DNA of 64,000 nt from an uncultured Pelagibacteraceae bacterium (GCA_902612575.1 CACMDZ010000001.1:7775-71774); one strand, 5' to 3'. Positions 50,300-61,553 are shown, numbered from the stretch's first letter. The notes: generated by a model from the letters alone, not told the origin. A program made the numbers and translations.

Positions 50300-51409
50300 T
50301 TAATCTAATTTTCTTTTTGTTAAATTCAAAATTATTCCTGACAACATTGCTGTACTTACTATCGAGGAGCCACCGTAACTCAAAAATGGAAGTGTCATTC
50401 CTGTAGTTGGTAATATTCTAATATTTACACCTACATGTATAAAAGTTTGTAGCAAAATCAAAGTGATTGATCCAACCAAAATTAGTTTTGAAAAGTCATC
50501 ATTTAAAAAATTTATTTTTCGTATCACTTTATATGAAAAGATAAGATACAAAAATAATATACCAATAACTATAATTGCACCAAACTCTTCAGAGATAACT
50601 GAAACAATGTAATCTGTATGAGCTTCTGGAACTCTAGAATTAAGTGTTCCCTCTCCAATACCTTTTCCAAAAAATCCACCATTAATAATTGCATCGCTTG
50701 CTTTTTCAGCTTGATAATTGTTTGCAGCACTCGAGTCTAAAAAAGCCAAAAGTCTAATTTTTATATATTGGAACTTAGGAAGAAACATAACTAAATAACT
50801 CACAACAGATCCAACTAGAACGAAGAAAATAAAAAAAATAAATATGTTTATGCCTGATACAAAAATTAAAGCTAGCCAAACCATAGCAATCAAAAGTGTT
50901 TGTCCGATATCTGGCTGATAAATGAGTAACAGTAATATAGGTAATAAAATTAGGGTAGTTAAAAAATATTTAAAATAAAGCCTTTTATTTTGAATAGTTA
51001 GCATCAAAGATAAAGCTACTATGAAAAAGGGTTTTATAATTTCAACAGGCTGAAATCTTGGTAGAAAAAATAAATCGAGCCATCTTTTTGATCCCTTTAC
51101 TTCAATACCAAGAATAGGAACTAGCAATAAACTTAAAAATGCAATCACAAATAAAAATAATGAAAATTTAGTTAAGATTTTTTGATTTAAAAATGAGAAT
51201 ATAATCAAAATTAAAATTGCAAGAGTAATATAAACAGAGTGTTTGAAAAAAAAGTAGTATGATTTTGTATCTAATTTATCAGAGGCTATTAGAGAAGTAG
51301 AAACCAATGAAAAAAAGAGACCTAATAAAAATAAACCTAATACTAAAAATAGCAAAAATTTATCTATATTTTTCCACCAATAATAAAAACTATCAAAATA
51401 CTTATTCAT
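50300..51409 (-). CDS. ftsW: SEDS peptidoglycan polymerase FtsW
   Basis: GSKRW, QPD.G, PEAHTD, EEFG, PTTGMTLPFLSYGGSS. Confidence 0.94.
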   Translation of the reverse strand: MNKYFDSFYYWWKNIDKFLLFLVLGLFLLGLFFSLVSTSLIASDKLDTKSYYFFFKHSVYITLAILILIIFSFLNQKILTKFSLFLFVIAFLSLLLVPILGIEVKGSKRWLDLFFLPRFQPVEIIKPFFIVALSLMLTIQNKRLYFKYFLTTLILLPILLLLIYQPDIGQTLLIAMVWLALIFVSGINIFIFFIFFVLVGSVVSYLVMFLPKFQYIKIRLLAFLDSSAANNYQAEKASDAIINGGFFGKGIGEGTLNSRVPEAHTDYIVSVISEEFGAIIVIGILFLYLIFSYKVIRKINFLNDDFSKLILVGSITLILLQTFIHVGVNIRILPTTGMTLPFLSYGGSSIVSTAMLSGIILNLTKRKLD

Positions 51410-51412
51410 TTC

Positions 51413-52711
51413 TTATTGTTTCAATATAAATTTTATATTTTTGTTGAAAAATTTTCCTCTTTCTTCAAAATTTTTAAATTGATCAAAAGAAGCAGCAGAG
51501 GGACTAAAAAGAACTACTTTTTTTTTATTATCTTCTTTAATAAAATTATTTAGAGTTTCTATGATTTTTTTAAGTGTTAACGAACTTTTGTAAGAGATCT
51601 GTCTTGGTAGTGATTTAATTAAAAATTTTCTATCTTTTCCATAAATATAGGCCTTAATAATATTTGAAAAATATTTTTTTTTTAATTTTAGCTTGTCGCC
51701 TTTTTTGGCAAGTCCACCTAATATCCAATAAATATTTTTATAACTCTCAAGTAATGGAACTGTTGAGGAAAAACTAGTAGATTTAGAGTCATTAATAATT
51801 AATAGTTTTTTTGATCTATGAATTATTTGTTGTCTGTAATTCAAACATTTAAATTTATTTGCCGCATCAATTACGGTTTGTAAGTTTAATTTTAAAATTT
51901 TAGCAATGTTTAAAACAAAACAAAGATTTTTTTGATTACTGTAATTATTAAAATAAATATTTTCTATTTGCTTTAAATAATTTTTATAATGTAAATAATT
52001 AATTCTTATTATTTTCGATTTTATCCGATTCTTTTTGATCATCCTGTTGAGAAAATTATTTTTATTTTCTATGAAAGCATAATCTTTTTTATTTTGTGAT
52101 TTTATAATTTTAAACTTAGCATTTACATAATTATTAAAAGTACGATGTCTTTCTAAATGATCTGGGTTTAAATTAAGTATAATTGAATATTTCGATTTAA
52201 AGAATTTGCTATAATCTAACTGATAAGAAGATGCTTCAATTATAAAAATAGTATTTTTTTTAATTTTTTTTTCCATCAATATTGGGTATCCGATATTACC
52301 TGTTAATCTTACATCTAATTTATTAATTTTTAGAACGTCGTAGAGAAGTTTTGAAGTAGTTGATTTACCATTTGTTCCAGTGATTGTGATTTTATTTACT
52401 TTTGGATATTTAATTTCAAATATATCAAGTTCTGTAATAACTTTAGAAATGTTTTTATTGATATAATTTGCAATTTTACATTTTTTGATGTCTATACCTG
52501 GGCTTACAACAATAAAATCAAAATTGTTATTTAATAAATCTTTTTTATTTAAAATTTTTGTTCTAAATCTAGTTGGAATATTTTTTTTATTGTCATCAAA
52601 TATTAAACAATTATTATTTTTTTTTAAGAAGTTGAAACAGGATTTTCCAGATTTGCCAAAACCATAAATTAAAATTTTATTATTTTTAAAATTTATGTTT
52701 TTATCATTCAT
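51413..52711 (-). CDS. murD: UDP-MurNAc-L-Ala--D-glutamate ligase
   Basis: GFGKSG, SPG, TGTNGKST, SSYQL, DHLERH, NDSKST, SFDQFKNFEERG; likely start near 52711 (ORF track 52768). Confidence 0.94.
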   Translation of the reverse strand: MNDKNINFKNNKILIYGFGKSGKSCFNFLKKNNNCLIFDDNKKNIPTRFRTKILNKKDLLNNNFDFIVVSPGIDIKKCKIANYINKNISKVITELDIFEIKYPKVNKITITGTNGKSTTSKLLYDVLKINKLDVRLTGNIGYPILMEKKIKKNTIFIIEASSYQLDYSKFFKSKYSIILNLNPDHLERHRTFNNYVNAKFKIIKSQNKKDYAFIENKNNFLNRMIKKNRIKSKIIRINYLHYKNYLKQIENIYFNNYSNQKNLCFVLNIAKILKLNLQTVIDAANKFKCLNYRQQIIHRSKKLLIINDSKSTSFSSTVPLLESYKNIYWILGGLAKKGDKLKLKKKYFSNIIKAYIYGKDRKFLIKSLPRQISYKSSLTLKKIIETLNNFIKEDNKKKVVLFSPSAASFDQFKNFEERGKFFNKNIKFILKQ

Positions 52712-53796
52712 TATCTTAGTTTTAATGTTGCCAACCCTATCATTGCTAAGATTATTGATATGATCCAAAACCTAATAACCACTGTAGATTCTGGCCAACC
52801 CTTTTTTTCAAAATGGTGATGAATTGGTGCCATTTTAAAAATTCTTTTGCCAGTAAGCCTAAATGATATGACTTGAGCTATTACTGAAACAGCCTCTAAA
52901 ACAAATAGTCCACCGGTAATTGCTAAGACAATTTCATGCTTTGTAATAATTCCAACTGCCCCTAACGAACCTCCTAAAGCTAATGACCCTGTATCGCCCA
53001 TAAATATTTTAGCAGGAGGGGCGTTAAACCATAAGAAGCCAAGACAAGACCCAATTATTGCTCCACAAAATATAGATGCCTCACCCACTCCTTCAATATA
53101 AGTTATTTGTAAATAACCAGAAAAAACAATATTTCCAGTTACATAACTTATAAATGCAAAGCAAGCTGCTACTAAAATTACAGGTACTGTTGCTAAACCA
53201 TCCAGTCCATCAGTTAAGTTAACTGCATTTGAAGAACCTACTATAACAAATAAATAAAATGGAATAAAAAACCATCCTAAATTAATTATTAAATTTTTGA
53301 AAAATGGAAAGTATAAGTTTTGAAGTTCATTGGATCCACTATAGAAGTAAAGAATTAAAATTCCAAAAAGAGCCAAGATAATTTGAATTAAAATTTTTAA
53401 TCTTGAACTTATGCCGTTTGAATTATTTTTTTTAACTTTTTGATAATCATCGTAAGCACCAAGCAATCCAAAGGATCCTGCTATATAAAGTAAAAACCAA
53501 TTATAGGGATTTGAGAAATCTCCCCATAATAGAACGCCTGAAAATATGCCGAGTAAAATCATAAGACCTCCCATTGTTGGAGTTCCTATTTTTTTGACTA
53601 TATGTTCGCTTGGTCCATCTTCTCTAATTGGATCATGAATTTGATTTGAAGAAAAATAATTGATTAATGGCCCACCGACTAAAAAAACAACTATCATTGA
53701 GGTAAACATTGATAGACCTGTTCTCACGGTCAAATATTTAAAAACATTAAGAAAACTAAAAATTTCGACTAAACTAGATAATAGACTAAAAAGCAT
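52711..53796 (-). CDS. mraY: Phospho-N-acetylmuramoyl-pentapeptide transferase
   Basis: KIGTPTMGG, NAVNLTDGLDG, FMGDTGS, APIHHHFE. Confidence 0.97.
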   Translation of the reverse strand: MLFSLLSSLVEIFSFLNVFKYLTVRTGLSMFTSMIVVFLVGGPLINYFSSNQIHDPIREDGPSEHIVKKIGTPTMGGLMILLGIFSGVLLWGDFSNPYNWFLLYIAGSFGLLGAYDDYQKVKKNNSNGISSRLKILIQIILALFGILILYFYSGSNELQNLYFPFFKNLIINLGWFFIPFYLFVIVGSSNAVNLTDGLDGLATVPVILVAACFAFISYVTGNIVFSGYLQITYIEGVGEASIFCGAIIGSCLGFLWFNAPPAKIFMGDTGSLALGGSLGAVGIITKHEIVLAITGGLFVLEAVSVIAQVISFRLTGKRIFKMAPIHHHFEKKGWPESTVVIRFWIISIILAMIGLATLKLR

Positions 53797-56632
53797 TTAA
53801 CTTTCCTGTCTTTAAGCTTTGACTTATTTTATTTAACCCAGTTGAGTTTGAACCTTTAATCATCAGATATTCACCATTCTTAATATCTTTTATCACAAAA
53901 TTTAAAATATCATTTTTAGAATTTAATATTTTTCCTTTTTTTTGTGTTCTTATTTTGTTGAAAGTTTCTAAAATATCTTTGCCATAAACATAAACTTTAT
54001 CAATTTTAGTGTGATTAATAAAGTCAGCAGCATCTTTGTGAAGTTTTTTAGAGTATTTACCAAGTTCCAACATATCACCCAATAAAACTAATTTTCTTTT
54101 TGATTTAGTATTTAAATTATTTATCTTATTTACAGCAAATTGTAGAGATAAAGGATTAGAGTTATAACTCTCATCAATTAAATTAATTTTTTTTCCATTT
54201 ATATTAATTAAATTCACATCCCCTCTTCCCTCTGGGAATTTATAGTCATTAAAGAAAGATTTATCTAATTGGTTCAAATCAAAATAAACTGAAATTACTG
54301 CTAAGGTTGATAAGATATTATATATATAATTTTCTAAATTTTTTTTAATTGAAAATTTTAGACTAGTATTGTTATAATTTATGAAAAGAATAGAATTTAA
54401 TTTTTCTTTTTTTATTTTAGTCAAATTTATATTTGAATTATTTTTAATTCCGAAAGAAATAACTTTTAACTTTTTTTTTTCAGATTTGGATTTAAAAAAA
54501 TTAAAGAACTGATCATCGGCATTTAATATTATGGAACCTCCCTCAACAATATTATTTATTATTTCTGATTTAGCTTGCGCTATACCATTTAAATTTTTAA
54601 AATTTTTAATATGAGCATGTGAAATATTTGTAATTACACCAATATTGGGTAATATTTTTTTAGTTAGAGAGTCGATTTCTCCCTTTTTATCCATTCCTAC
54701 TTCAAAGATACCTATTTTATCTTTTTCATTTATATTAAACAAAGAAATTGGAACCCCAAATTTATTATTAAAAGATTTTTTTGAATATGATGTTTTGCAT
54801 AATTTACTAATCATTTGACCTAGCATCTCTTTCAATGAAGTTTTGCCGGCAGATCCTGTGATTGCTACAGAAGAAATACTTGATGATATTCTTATTAATT
54901 TAGCAATTTCTGAAAAAATTTTTAAAGAATTTTTAACATATATTTTATTTTTTATTTGATTCTTTAATTTACCTTCAATAATTGAAATTGATGCTCCTTT
55001 TTGCAAAGCTTGATCAACAAATTTATTGCCGTCAAAAATTTTTCCTTTTATGCCAAAGAAAATATTATTTTTTTTTATTTTTCTTGAATCAATTGAAGCT
55101 GCATTAATCTTAATATTTTTTCCTATTTTTTTTTTTGTGATTTCAGAAATAATATTGGACTTCCAATTCTTGTTTAAAGTTATGTTTTTCTCTTTTATAT
55201 ATTTTTTTATACAATTCTTATCTGAAAAGTATTTTTTAGAGGTATATTCTTGGTAAATCTCATGCCCTTTTCCTGCAATAATAACTACCTCGTTTGATTT
55301 AATATCCAAAATTGCTGATTTTATTGCTTTTTCTCTTGAGGGTATCTCCAATAATTTATTTTTTAAAATACTACGCTTTACATCTCTTCTTATTTTATCT
55401 GGGTCTTCATTTCTTGGATTGTCATCTGTTAAATATATTTTGTTACAATATCTATTAGCAATTCTACCCATTATTCTTCTTTTGGGCTTGTCTCTTTCAC
55501 CTCCACATCCGAATACTAAATTGATTTTTCTTAATTTAAATTGTTCCTTAATGTTTTTAATACAGGTTTCTAAAGCATCAGGTGTATGTGCATAATCAAG
55601 AATGACTATTCCATTATTATTAAGTCTTCCAATTTTTTCTAATCTGCCATTTACTGGTTTAATTTTTTTAATAATTCTTAAAATTTTTTCTAATGATATA
55701 TTGCTTTTTATTGCTGCCATAATAGCCATTATTAAGTTTTTAATTTGAACTCTTCCAATTAATTTCGTTGTAAAAGAATATTTCTTATTATTAAATTTAA
55801 ATATTATTTTCTGCTCATCTTTTAGAAATTGATGATTTAAAATTTCAAAACTTGATGCAGAGCTTCCAATTGTTAATTTTTTTATATTATTTAATTTTAT
55901 AATTCTATTTAAATTTGAAGCAATTTTTAACTTATCGTCATAAATAGCACACGAATTTTTTTTCATCAGTTTCTTAAATAATATTAACTTTGAGTTCAAA
56001 TAATTTTGAAATGTTTTGTGGTAATCCAAATGATCTCTTGATAAATTTGTAAATATACCAATATCAAATTTTAATCCATGCAATCTATTCTGATTTAATC
56101 CATGACTTGATGCTTCTAAAATAACGTTCTCAATTTTTTTTTGTTTTAATTTTTGTAAAATATAATTTATTTGAATTGCATCAAAAGTAGTATTTGAAAA
56201 ATTTTTTTTTATTTTTAAACCGTTGATTCCTAACGTTCCAATTGAGGCTGCCTTTACTTTATTTAAACTTGCAATTTGAAAATAAAAATTAGCTATTGAA
56301 GACTTTCCATTTGTTCCAGTAACTGCTATTAAGTTATTTGGTTTTTTATTAAAAATCCTTGAACTAAATAGAGCCAGTAGTTTTCTAGGATTTTTAAAAT
56401 TTAAAAATAAAATATTCTTTTTCCAACCAATTTTTTTTAATTTATCAGAAATTATTATTTTTGATCCATTTTTAATTGCATCTTTAATAAATAAATTTCC
56501 ATCTGTATTATTTCCTTTTAATGCAAAAAAAATATATCCATTTTTAATTTCCCTAGAATTAAAGGCTACTCCTTTAAAACTTACTTGATGATATTTTTTA
56601 TTTAAGTTTGGAAAGTAGTCTTTCAATAACAT
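53786..56632 (-). CDS. murEF: Fused MurE-MurF ligase
   Basis: MurE half: TGTNGKSS, EASSHGL, DYAHTPD, DDNPR (meso-DAP), GKGHE; MurF half: TGSAGKTS, NNKFGVP, DESYNSNP, GDMLELG, KGS; one 948-aa ORF. Confidence 0.93.
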   Translation of the reverse strand: MLLKDYFPNLNKKYHQVSFKGVAFNSREIKNGYIFFALKGNNTDGNLFIKDAIKNGSKIIISDKLKKIGWKKNILFLNFKNPRKLLALFSSRIFNKKPNNLIAVTGTNGKSSIANFYFQIASLNKVKAASIGTLGINGLKIKKNFSNTTFDAIQINYILQKLKQKKIENVILEASSHGLNQNRLHGLKFDIGIFTNLSRDHLDYHKTFQNYLNSKLILFKKLMKKNSCAIYDDKLKIASNLNRIIKLNNIKKLTIGSSASSFEILNHQFLKDEQKIIFKFNNKKYSFTTKLIGRVQIKNLIMAIMAAIKSNISLEKILRIIKKIKPVNGRLEKIGRLNNNGIVILDYAHTPDALETCIKNIKEQFKLRKINLVFGCGGERDKPKRRIMGRIANRYCNKIYLTDDNPRNEDPDKIRRDVKRSILKNKLLEIPSREKAIKSAILDIKSNEVVIIAGKGHEIYQEYTSKKYFSDKNCIKKYIKEKNITLNKNWKSNIISEITKKKIGKNIKINAASIDSRKIKKNNIFFGIKGKIFDGNKFVDQALQKGASISIIEGKLKNQIKNKIYVKNSLKIFSEIAKLIRISSSISSVAITGSAGKTSLKEMLGQMISKLCKTSYSKKSFNNKFGVPISLFNINEKDKIGIFEVGMDKKGEIDSLTKKILPNIGVITNISHAHIKNFKNLNGIAQAKSEIINNIVEGGSIILNADDQFFNFFKSKSEKKKLKVISFGIKNNSNINLTKIKKEKLNSILFINYNNTSLKFSIKKNLENYIYNILSTLAVISVYFDLNQLDKSFFNDYKFPEGRGDVNLININGKKINLIDESYNSNPLSLQFAVNKINNLNTKSKRKLVLLGDMLELGKYSKKLHKDAADFINHTKIDKVYVYGKDILETFNKIRTQKKGKILNSKNDILNFVIKDIKNGEYLMIKGSNSTGLNKISQSLKTGKLNAF

Positions 56633-56643
56633 GTTGTACGCTC

Positions 56644-58299
56644 TTAATATTTTGTGGCTAAAATTGGCCCAATTTTATCAATTATCTGACCTGTTACCCA
56701 AACAGTTGTCCAACCCGCTGTATTCCTCCAATTACCTTTGTAGGGATATCTTTCATCTCTATAATGATAAACAAATTCTCTATTAGCTTTTGGTTCATCT
56801 AACATTACTGCTAATACAAATTTTGGATCTGATGTAGGAAAAACTGAGGTAAAAGTATTAACTTTTTTCTTAGAATAGCCACCATCAGAGGGTTGATCCG
56901 CGGTACCAGTTTTTCCTCCTACTTCATAACCTTTTACATTTGCAAAACCTGCCGTTCCTTCTTTTGTTGATACAATTTTTCTGAGAATAGGGTTAATTGT
57001 TTGTGATAAATTTTCATCAAGTATTCTTTGTCTTTTTAATTTGTCTTTCTTCAATAATGTTGGAGTTATATCATATCCCCCGTTACTAATAATAGAATAA
57101 GCTTTGGAAAGTTGTAATAAAGTTGTAGCAATCCCATGGCCAAACGAAACTGTTGCAAGTTTACACTTACCCCATCTTCCTATTTGAGTTGATCCAACCT
57201 CCTGAATATCAAATTCTAAGTTAGAGATAATTCCAATATTTTTTAAAAACTCATTATAATTTTCTATACCAACTTTTTCAGCTATTCTCACAGAGCCAAT
57301 ATTTCCTGATCTTATTAGAATCTCTTCTGCAGTTAAATCTGATGGTATTTTATCATCATATTCAGATATAGAATTTCCTGCACATGTAATCCTTTTTTTA
57401 AGATCCTTAAATTCTGTAGCAGGTTCTACAACATTGTATTGTAAGCCTGCGGCTAATGTGAAAGTTTTAAAAACAGATCCAAATTCATAAACACCTTTTG
57501 TTGCTCTATTGATATATTTCTTGTCACTAATTTTTTCTCTTTTATTAAGATCAAAATCTGGAAGTGAAATCATTGATAAAATATTACCATTATTAATATT
57601 CATTAAAATTGCAGCACTACCAATATTTTGGAATATATCTCTAGATTTTAATAATTCTTCCTTTATTAAATATTGTAAATCTTTATCAAGTGTTAATTTC
57701 AAAGGTTCTTTTGAAGTTGTTAGTTCATAATCAAAAGTTTTTTCAATTCCTGATATACCATTATTATCATTATCAATTTGTCCAATTACATGACTGAACA
57801 AATTTCCATTGGGATAAACTCTTGCTATGCTATCCTCTTGAATAAATGATTTGTCTCCTAAAAGTAGGACTTGTTCAAGTTTTTTTGGACTAATTTTTTT
57901 TTTTACATAAAAGAATTTTTTTCCATGCATTTCTTTTTCAAAATTTTTGTTTGGAAATATTAATTTTAAAGAAATCAATAATTTTTCTTTGTTTATTACT
58001 AAATTTGGATTTAAACCCAAATTAATAATTGGGACACTTTTTGCCAAAATATTTCCATCTTTATCCAAAATACTAGATCTAAAATTCTCTTTTTTTGTTA
58101 ATTTCTTAATTTCTGGAATTTTTTTAACACTAAGTAATATTACTTTTGACGAAAAAATAACTGCCAAAATAAAAAATACAAAAAAAATAAATGCTATTCT
58201 CTCAAAGGAAATTTTCAAATATGACTTATTTTCGTTAAATGAAAAGCTCTCATTATATTTAACTGAATTTTGAGAATTTTGGCTTGTCTCACTCATCAA
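56644..58299 (-). CDS. ftsI: Penicillin-binding protein 3 (class B transpeptidase)
   Basis: N-terminal TM, RVYP, GIE, SVFK, SGN, KTG motifs. Confidence 0.92.
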   Translation of the reverse strand: MMSETSQNSQNSVKYNESFSFNENKSYLKISFERIAFIFFVFFILAVIFSSKVILLSVKKIPEIKKLTKKENFRSSILDKDGNILAKSVPIINLGLNPNLVINKEKLLISLKLIFPNKNFEKEMHGKKFFYVKKKISPKKLEQVLLLGDKSFIQEDSIARVYPNGNLFSHVIGQIDNDNNGISGIEKTFDYELTTSKEPLKLTLDKDLQYLIKEELLKSRDIFQNIGSAAILMNINNGNILSMISLPDFDLNKREKISDKKYINRATKGVYEFGSVFKTFTLAAGLQYNVVEPATEFKDLKKRITCAGNSISEYDDKIPSDLTAEEILIRSGNIGSVRIAEKVGIENYNEFLKNIGIISNLEFDIQEVGSTQIGRWGKCKLATVSFGHGIATTLLQLSKAYSIISNGGYDITPTLLKKDKLKRQRILDENLSQTINPILRKIVSTKEGTAGFANVKGYEVGGKTGTADQPSDGGYSKKKVNTFTSVFPTSDPKFVLAVMLDEPKANREFVYHYRDERYPYKGNWRNTAGWTTVWVTGQIIDKIGPILATKY

Positions 58300-58597
58300 T
58301 ATTAACCATTTTCTCTATTTTTAATTTATCATTTACAATTGTAATTGTGTTCAAATTTTCTATTTTTTTTTGTATTAATTTTTCCTCAAAATAAAATTTT
58401 TGATACTCGGTTAATTTTTTTGGTGAAGTTAGGATATTATAATCAAGTAAAGTAAGTTCATAACGATCCTCCAAAATTCTTATATTTTCATTAATTTCAA
58501 AAATTTGTTTATCAAGTTTTTTTGTTGAGTTTTTTGTTAGCGTTGTAGCAAAAATTAGAATTATTATTGGGGTAAACAAAAATATTTTTTTCATCAA
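58289..58597 (-). CDS. ftsL: Cell division protein FtsL-like
   Basis: Short TM plus coiled coil with L.SP..L; between rsmH and ftsI. Confidence 0.7.
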   Translation of the reverse strand: MMKKIFLFTPIIILIFATTLTKNSTKKLDKQIFEINENIRILEDRYELTLLDYNILTSPKKLTEYQKFYFEEKLIQKKIENLNTITIVNDKLKIEKMVNIDE

Positions 58598-58598
58598 A

Positions 58599-59594
58599 TT
58601 ATCTCAACTCCTCAACATCAGTCAGATATTTGAATTTTTCTTTTAAATCATTAAAATTACATTTTTGGTTGATTTTTATCGCATATCTAAGTTTAGCAGA
58701 TCTTGATGGTGGATTTTGGCTTACCTCTTTAAAGCTAGGTAGGATTGGTTTTTTATTAATTAATCTAAAACATTTTTCTGGTACTTCTTCATTTGGCATA
58801 TATCTAGAAGAATTTCTTTCCTCTGAATAGTGTTTAAAGAAAAATTTGACAATTTTATCCTCTAATGAATGAAAAGTGACTACAGCAATTACACCACCAA
58901 CAGGAATTAAGTGAAACGAATTTATTAAAGCATTTATTAATTCGCTTATTTCTTTATTTACTAAAATTCTTAGTGCTTGAAAGATTTTAGTGGAATTATG
59001 AATTTTTGTTTTTTGGTATTTTTTTACACTATCAATAATTTGGACCAAATCCTCAGTTTTAATAGTTTTAATTTTTCTTATTTTGACAATTTCTCTAGCA
59101 ATTTTTTTTGAATATCTTTCATCACCTAATATTTTAAAAACTCTTGAAAGATTATTTTCATCCATAGTTGATATAAAATCGTTTGCTGAAAACTCATTTA
59201 TTCCCATTCTCATATTTAGTTCACCTTTATCATTAAATGATAATCCTTTTTTAGAATTTTTAATTTGGTTAATGGAGTATCCTAAATCAAAAATTATACC
59301 TCTTAGATCATTATTTTTTAGTTTTATTTTATTTAATTTAGAAAATTTAATATTATAAAATTTGAATCTGTTGGTATATTTTTTTTCAAATCTTGAGGCA
59401 CTATTCAAAACATCTTTATCTCGATCTATTGCGATTATTTTATTTTCTTTATTTTGTAGAATTTTTTTTGAGTATCCGCCCTCTCCAAAAGTGCAGTCGA
59501 TAAATGTGCCACCATAAAGAGGGGAAATAATGCTAATTAATTCATTTAGCAGAACTGGAAAATGTTTGTTTTCCAGATTTATGGTGGCATTCAT
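58599..59594 (-). CDS. rsmH: 16S rRNA m4C1402 methyltransferase
   Basis: HFPVLL.E, DCTFGEGG, DLGYS, FQALRI.VN.E, FHSLED, NPPSRSAKLR. Confidence 0.95.
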   Translation of the reverse strand: MNATINLENKHFPVLLNELISIISPLYGGTFIDCTFGEGGYSKKILQNKENKIIAIDRDKDVLNSASRFEKKYTNRFKFYNIKFSKLNKIKLKNNDLRGIIFDLGYSINQIKNSKKGLSFNDKGELNMRMGINEFSANDFISTMDENNLSRVFKILGDERYSKKIAREIVKIRKIKTIKTEDLVQIIDSVKKYQKTKIHNSTKIFQALRILVNKEISELINALINSFHLIPVGGVIAVVTFHSLEDKIVKFFFKHYSEERNSSRYMPNEEVPEKCFRLINKKPILPSFKEVSQNPPSRSAKLRYAIKINQKCNFNDLKEKFKYLTDVEELR

Positions 59595-59612
59595 TTATTT
59601 TTTTGAAGACCA

Positions 59613-61067
59613 TTAATTTTTTTGTCTTCTCAAAAATGCTGGGATTTCTAAATCATCTTCTTCTTCTTTTGTTTCACTTATTTCTGATGTTAAAGAAGTT
59701 TGATCTTCAGTTTCTCCATCAGAATTAAATAGTTCAGGAGTTTCCTCATCAAAATTAAAGTTTTCTAGTCCATTTGATGGAGAGGATTCAGTTTCTTGTG
59801 TTTCAATTGATTGTTCAGAAACTTCAGATATTTGATCTTCAACTGAGTTATTTTCCTGCCCAACAATAGCTGAACTTGCAGATTCCTCAGCAGAACTTAT
59901 TTTGGATGCCTCTTGACCTTCAGTTTCAGTTTTAACCTCTTCCTCAAATTTAAGCGCATTAGCACCACTGGTCATTATTGAGTTATTTTGATTAGAGAAA
60001 GAGAAAGAATGATTTGCAACATTATTAGAAAAATCAGAGTATCCAGGATTTCTATTCTGTATTCTATGAACCATGTTAATTACTGATTTTGGTTCCGGCT
60101 GTTGACCATCTAAAGAGGTAGCTACAATAGAAACTCTCATTAAGCCATCAAGTTTTTCGTCAGTAATCGCACCAATTATAAGTTCAGCCTCTGGATCTAC
60201 CTCAGCTCTTACTTTATTAACTGCCTCATCGACTTCAAAAAGTTTCAGATCTTTACCTCCAGTTATATTTACTAAGAGACCTTTAGCTCCCTTTAATGTA
60301 TAGTCATCAATTAATGGATTGCTAATTGCCATTTCAGCTGCTTTAACAGCTCTACCTTCACCCTCAGCTTGACCCGTTCCCATCATAGCCTTGCCCATTG
60401 AACTCATAACAGTTTCAACATCAGCAAAATCTAAATTTATCAACCCAGGTCTTACCATTAAATCTGTAATACTCTGAACTCCATGAAGCAAAACATCATT
60501 TGAAAGCTCAAAAGACTCCTCAAATGTAGTTTGTTCGCTTGCTATTTTGAATAGATTTTGATTTGGAACTACTATGATAGTATCTACATGTTTTCTTAAT
60601 TCTTCAAGACCTTGATTTGCTTTTCTCATCCTAGAAGGACCCTCATATAAGAAAGGTAAAGTTACTACTCCTATTGTAAGTATATTTAATTCCTTAGCAG
60701 CTCGAGCGATAACATGTGCAGCACCAGTTCCAGTTCCGCCACCCATTCCTGCAGTTATGAAAACCATATTTGCACCTTGAAGGACATTTATTATCTCATT
60801 AAGTGATTCATCTGCAGCAGCTTCACCAATATCTAATTTTGCACCAGCACCTAAGCCTTTTGTCAAATTCAAACCCATTTGAATTTTTGTTTGTGCATGG
60901 CTTAATCTCAGATCTTGCGCATCCGTGTTTACTGCTATGAACTCAACTCCTTGTAAACCTGCCTCTATCATTCCATTTATTGCGTTTCCTCCAGCTCCTC
61001 CAATTCCTAAAACTAGTATTCTAGGTTTCAACTCTTTTATATCTGGTGCTTTAAAATTAATTGTCAT
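59613..61067 (-). CDS. ftsZ: Cell division protein FtsZ
   Basis: GGAGGNA, NTDAQ, GGGTGTG, NLDFAD, long acidic linker, C-terminal [10 protein letters not shown]. Confidence 0.99.
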   Translation of the reverse strand: MTINFKAPDIKELKPRILVLGIGGAGGNAINGMIEAGLQGVEFIAVNTDAQDLRLSHAQTKIQMGLNLTKGLGAGAKLDIGEAAADESLNEIINVLQGANMVFITAGMGGGTGTGAAHVIARAAKELNILTIGVVTLPFLYEGPSRMRKANQGLEELRKHVDTIIVVPNQNLFKIASEQTTFEESFELSNDVLLHGVQSITDLMVRPGLINLDFADVETVMSSMGKAMMGTGQAEGEGRAVKAAEMAISNPLIDDYTLKGAKGLLVNITGGKDLKLFEVDEAVNKVRAEVDPEAELIIGAITDEKLDGLMRVSIVATSLDGQQPEPKSVINMVHRIQNRNPGYSDFSNNVANHSFSFSNQNNSIMTSGANALKFEEEVKTETEGQEASKISSAEESASSAIVGQENNSVEDQISEVSEQSIETQETESSPSNGLENFNFDEETPELFNSDGETEDQTSLTSEISETKEEEDDLEIPAFLRRQKN

Positions 61068-61078
61068 TTATCCCCCGT

Positions 61079-61534
61079 TTAGTTATTAAGTTTTTGCTCC
61101 CATTTAAGGTTAGCCCTATTCATGTTAGATTTTTTTCTAGCAGTGACCCTAAATTTTTCAAAGCTTGTTGGCTCCCATATTTGGAAAGTTTTTCCCTGAC
61201 CAACAAACAGCATGCGATTTTTTATTTTTGCATGTTTTAATAATTTTTCTGTAATGAGAATTCTACCCTCACTATCAAATTGTAAGTTAATACTTTCTGA
61301 GAGTATTGAAGTTGCAAAATAATCTTTCTTATCCTCAAATGGGTTTAAAGAATCTATTGCATTTGAAATTTTTTCAATTCTATCTTGAGGCCAAGCCTCA
61401 ATAGATTGATTATTAAATGATGGAAAACATATAATTCCATTATATCCCAATTTTGAGAGATAGCTTCTAAAGTTAGCTGGCACTGACACCCTCCCTTTTT
61501 TGTCCAATTTGTTTTCGTAAATCGATAAAAACAT
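61079..61534 (-). CDS. mraZ: Transcriptional regulator MraZ
   Basis: LDKKGRVSVPA.FR, FDSEGRI, VGQG..FQIW. Confidence 0.95.
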   Translation of the reverse strand: MFLSIYENKLDKKGRVSVPANFRSYLSKLGYNGIICFPSFNNQSIEAWPQDRIEKISNAIDSLNPFEDKKDYFATSILSESINLQFDSEGRILITEKLLKHAKIKNRMLFVGQGKTFQIWEPTSFEKFRVTARKKSNMNRANLKWEQKLNN

Positions 61535-61553
61535 AATCCATAAATTCCATATT

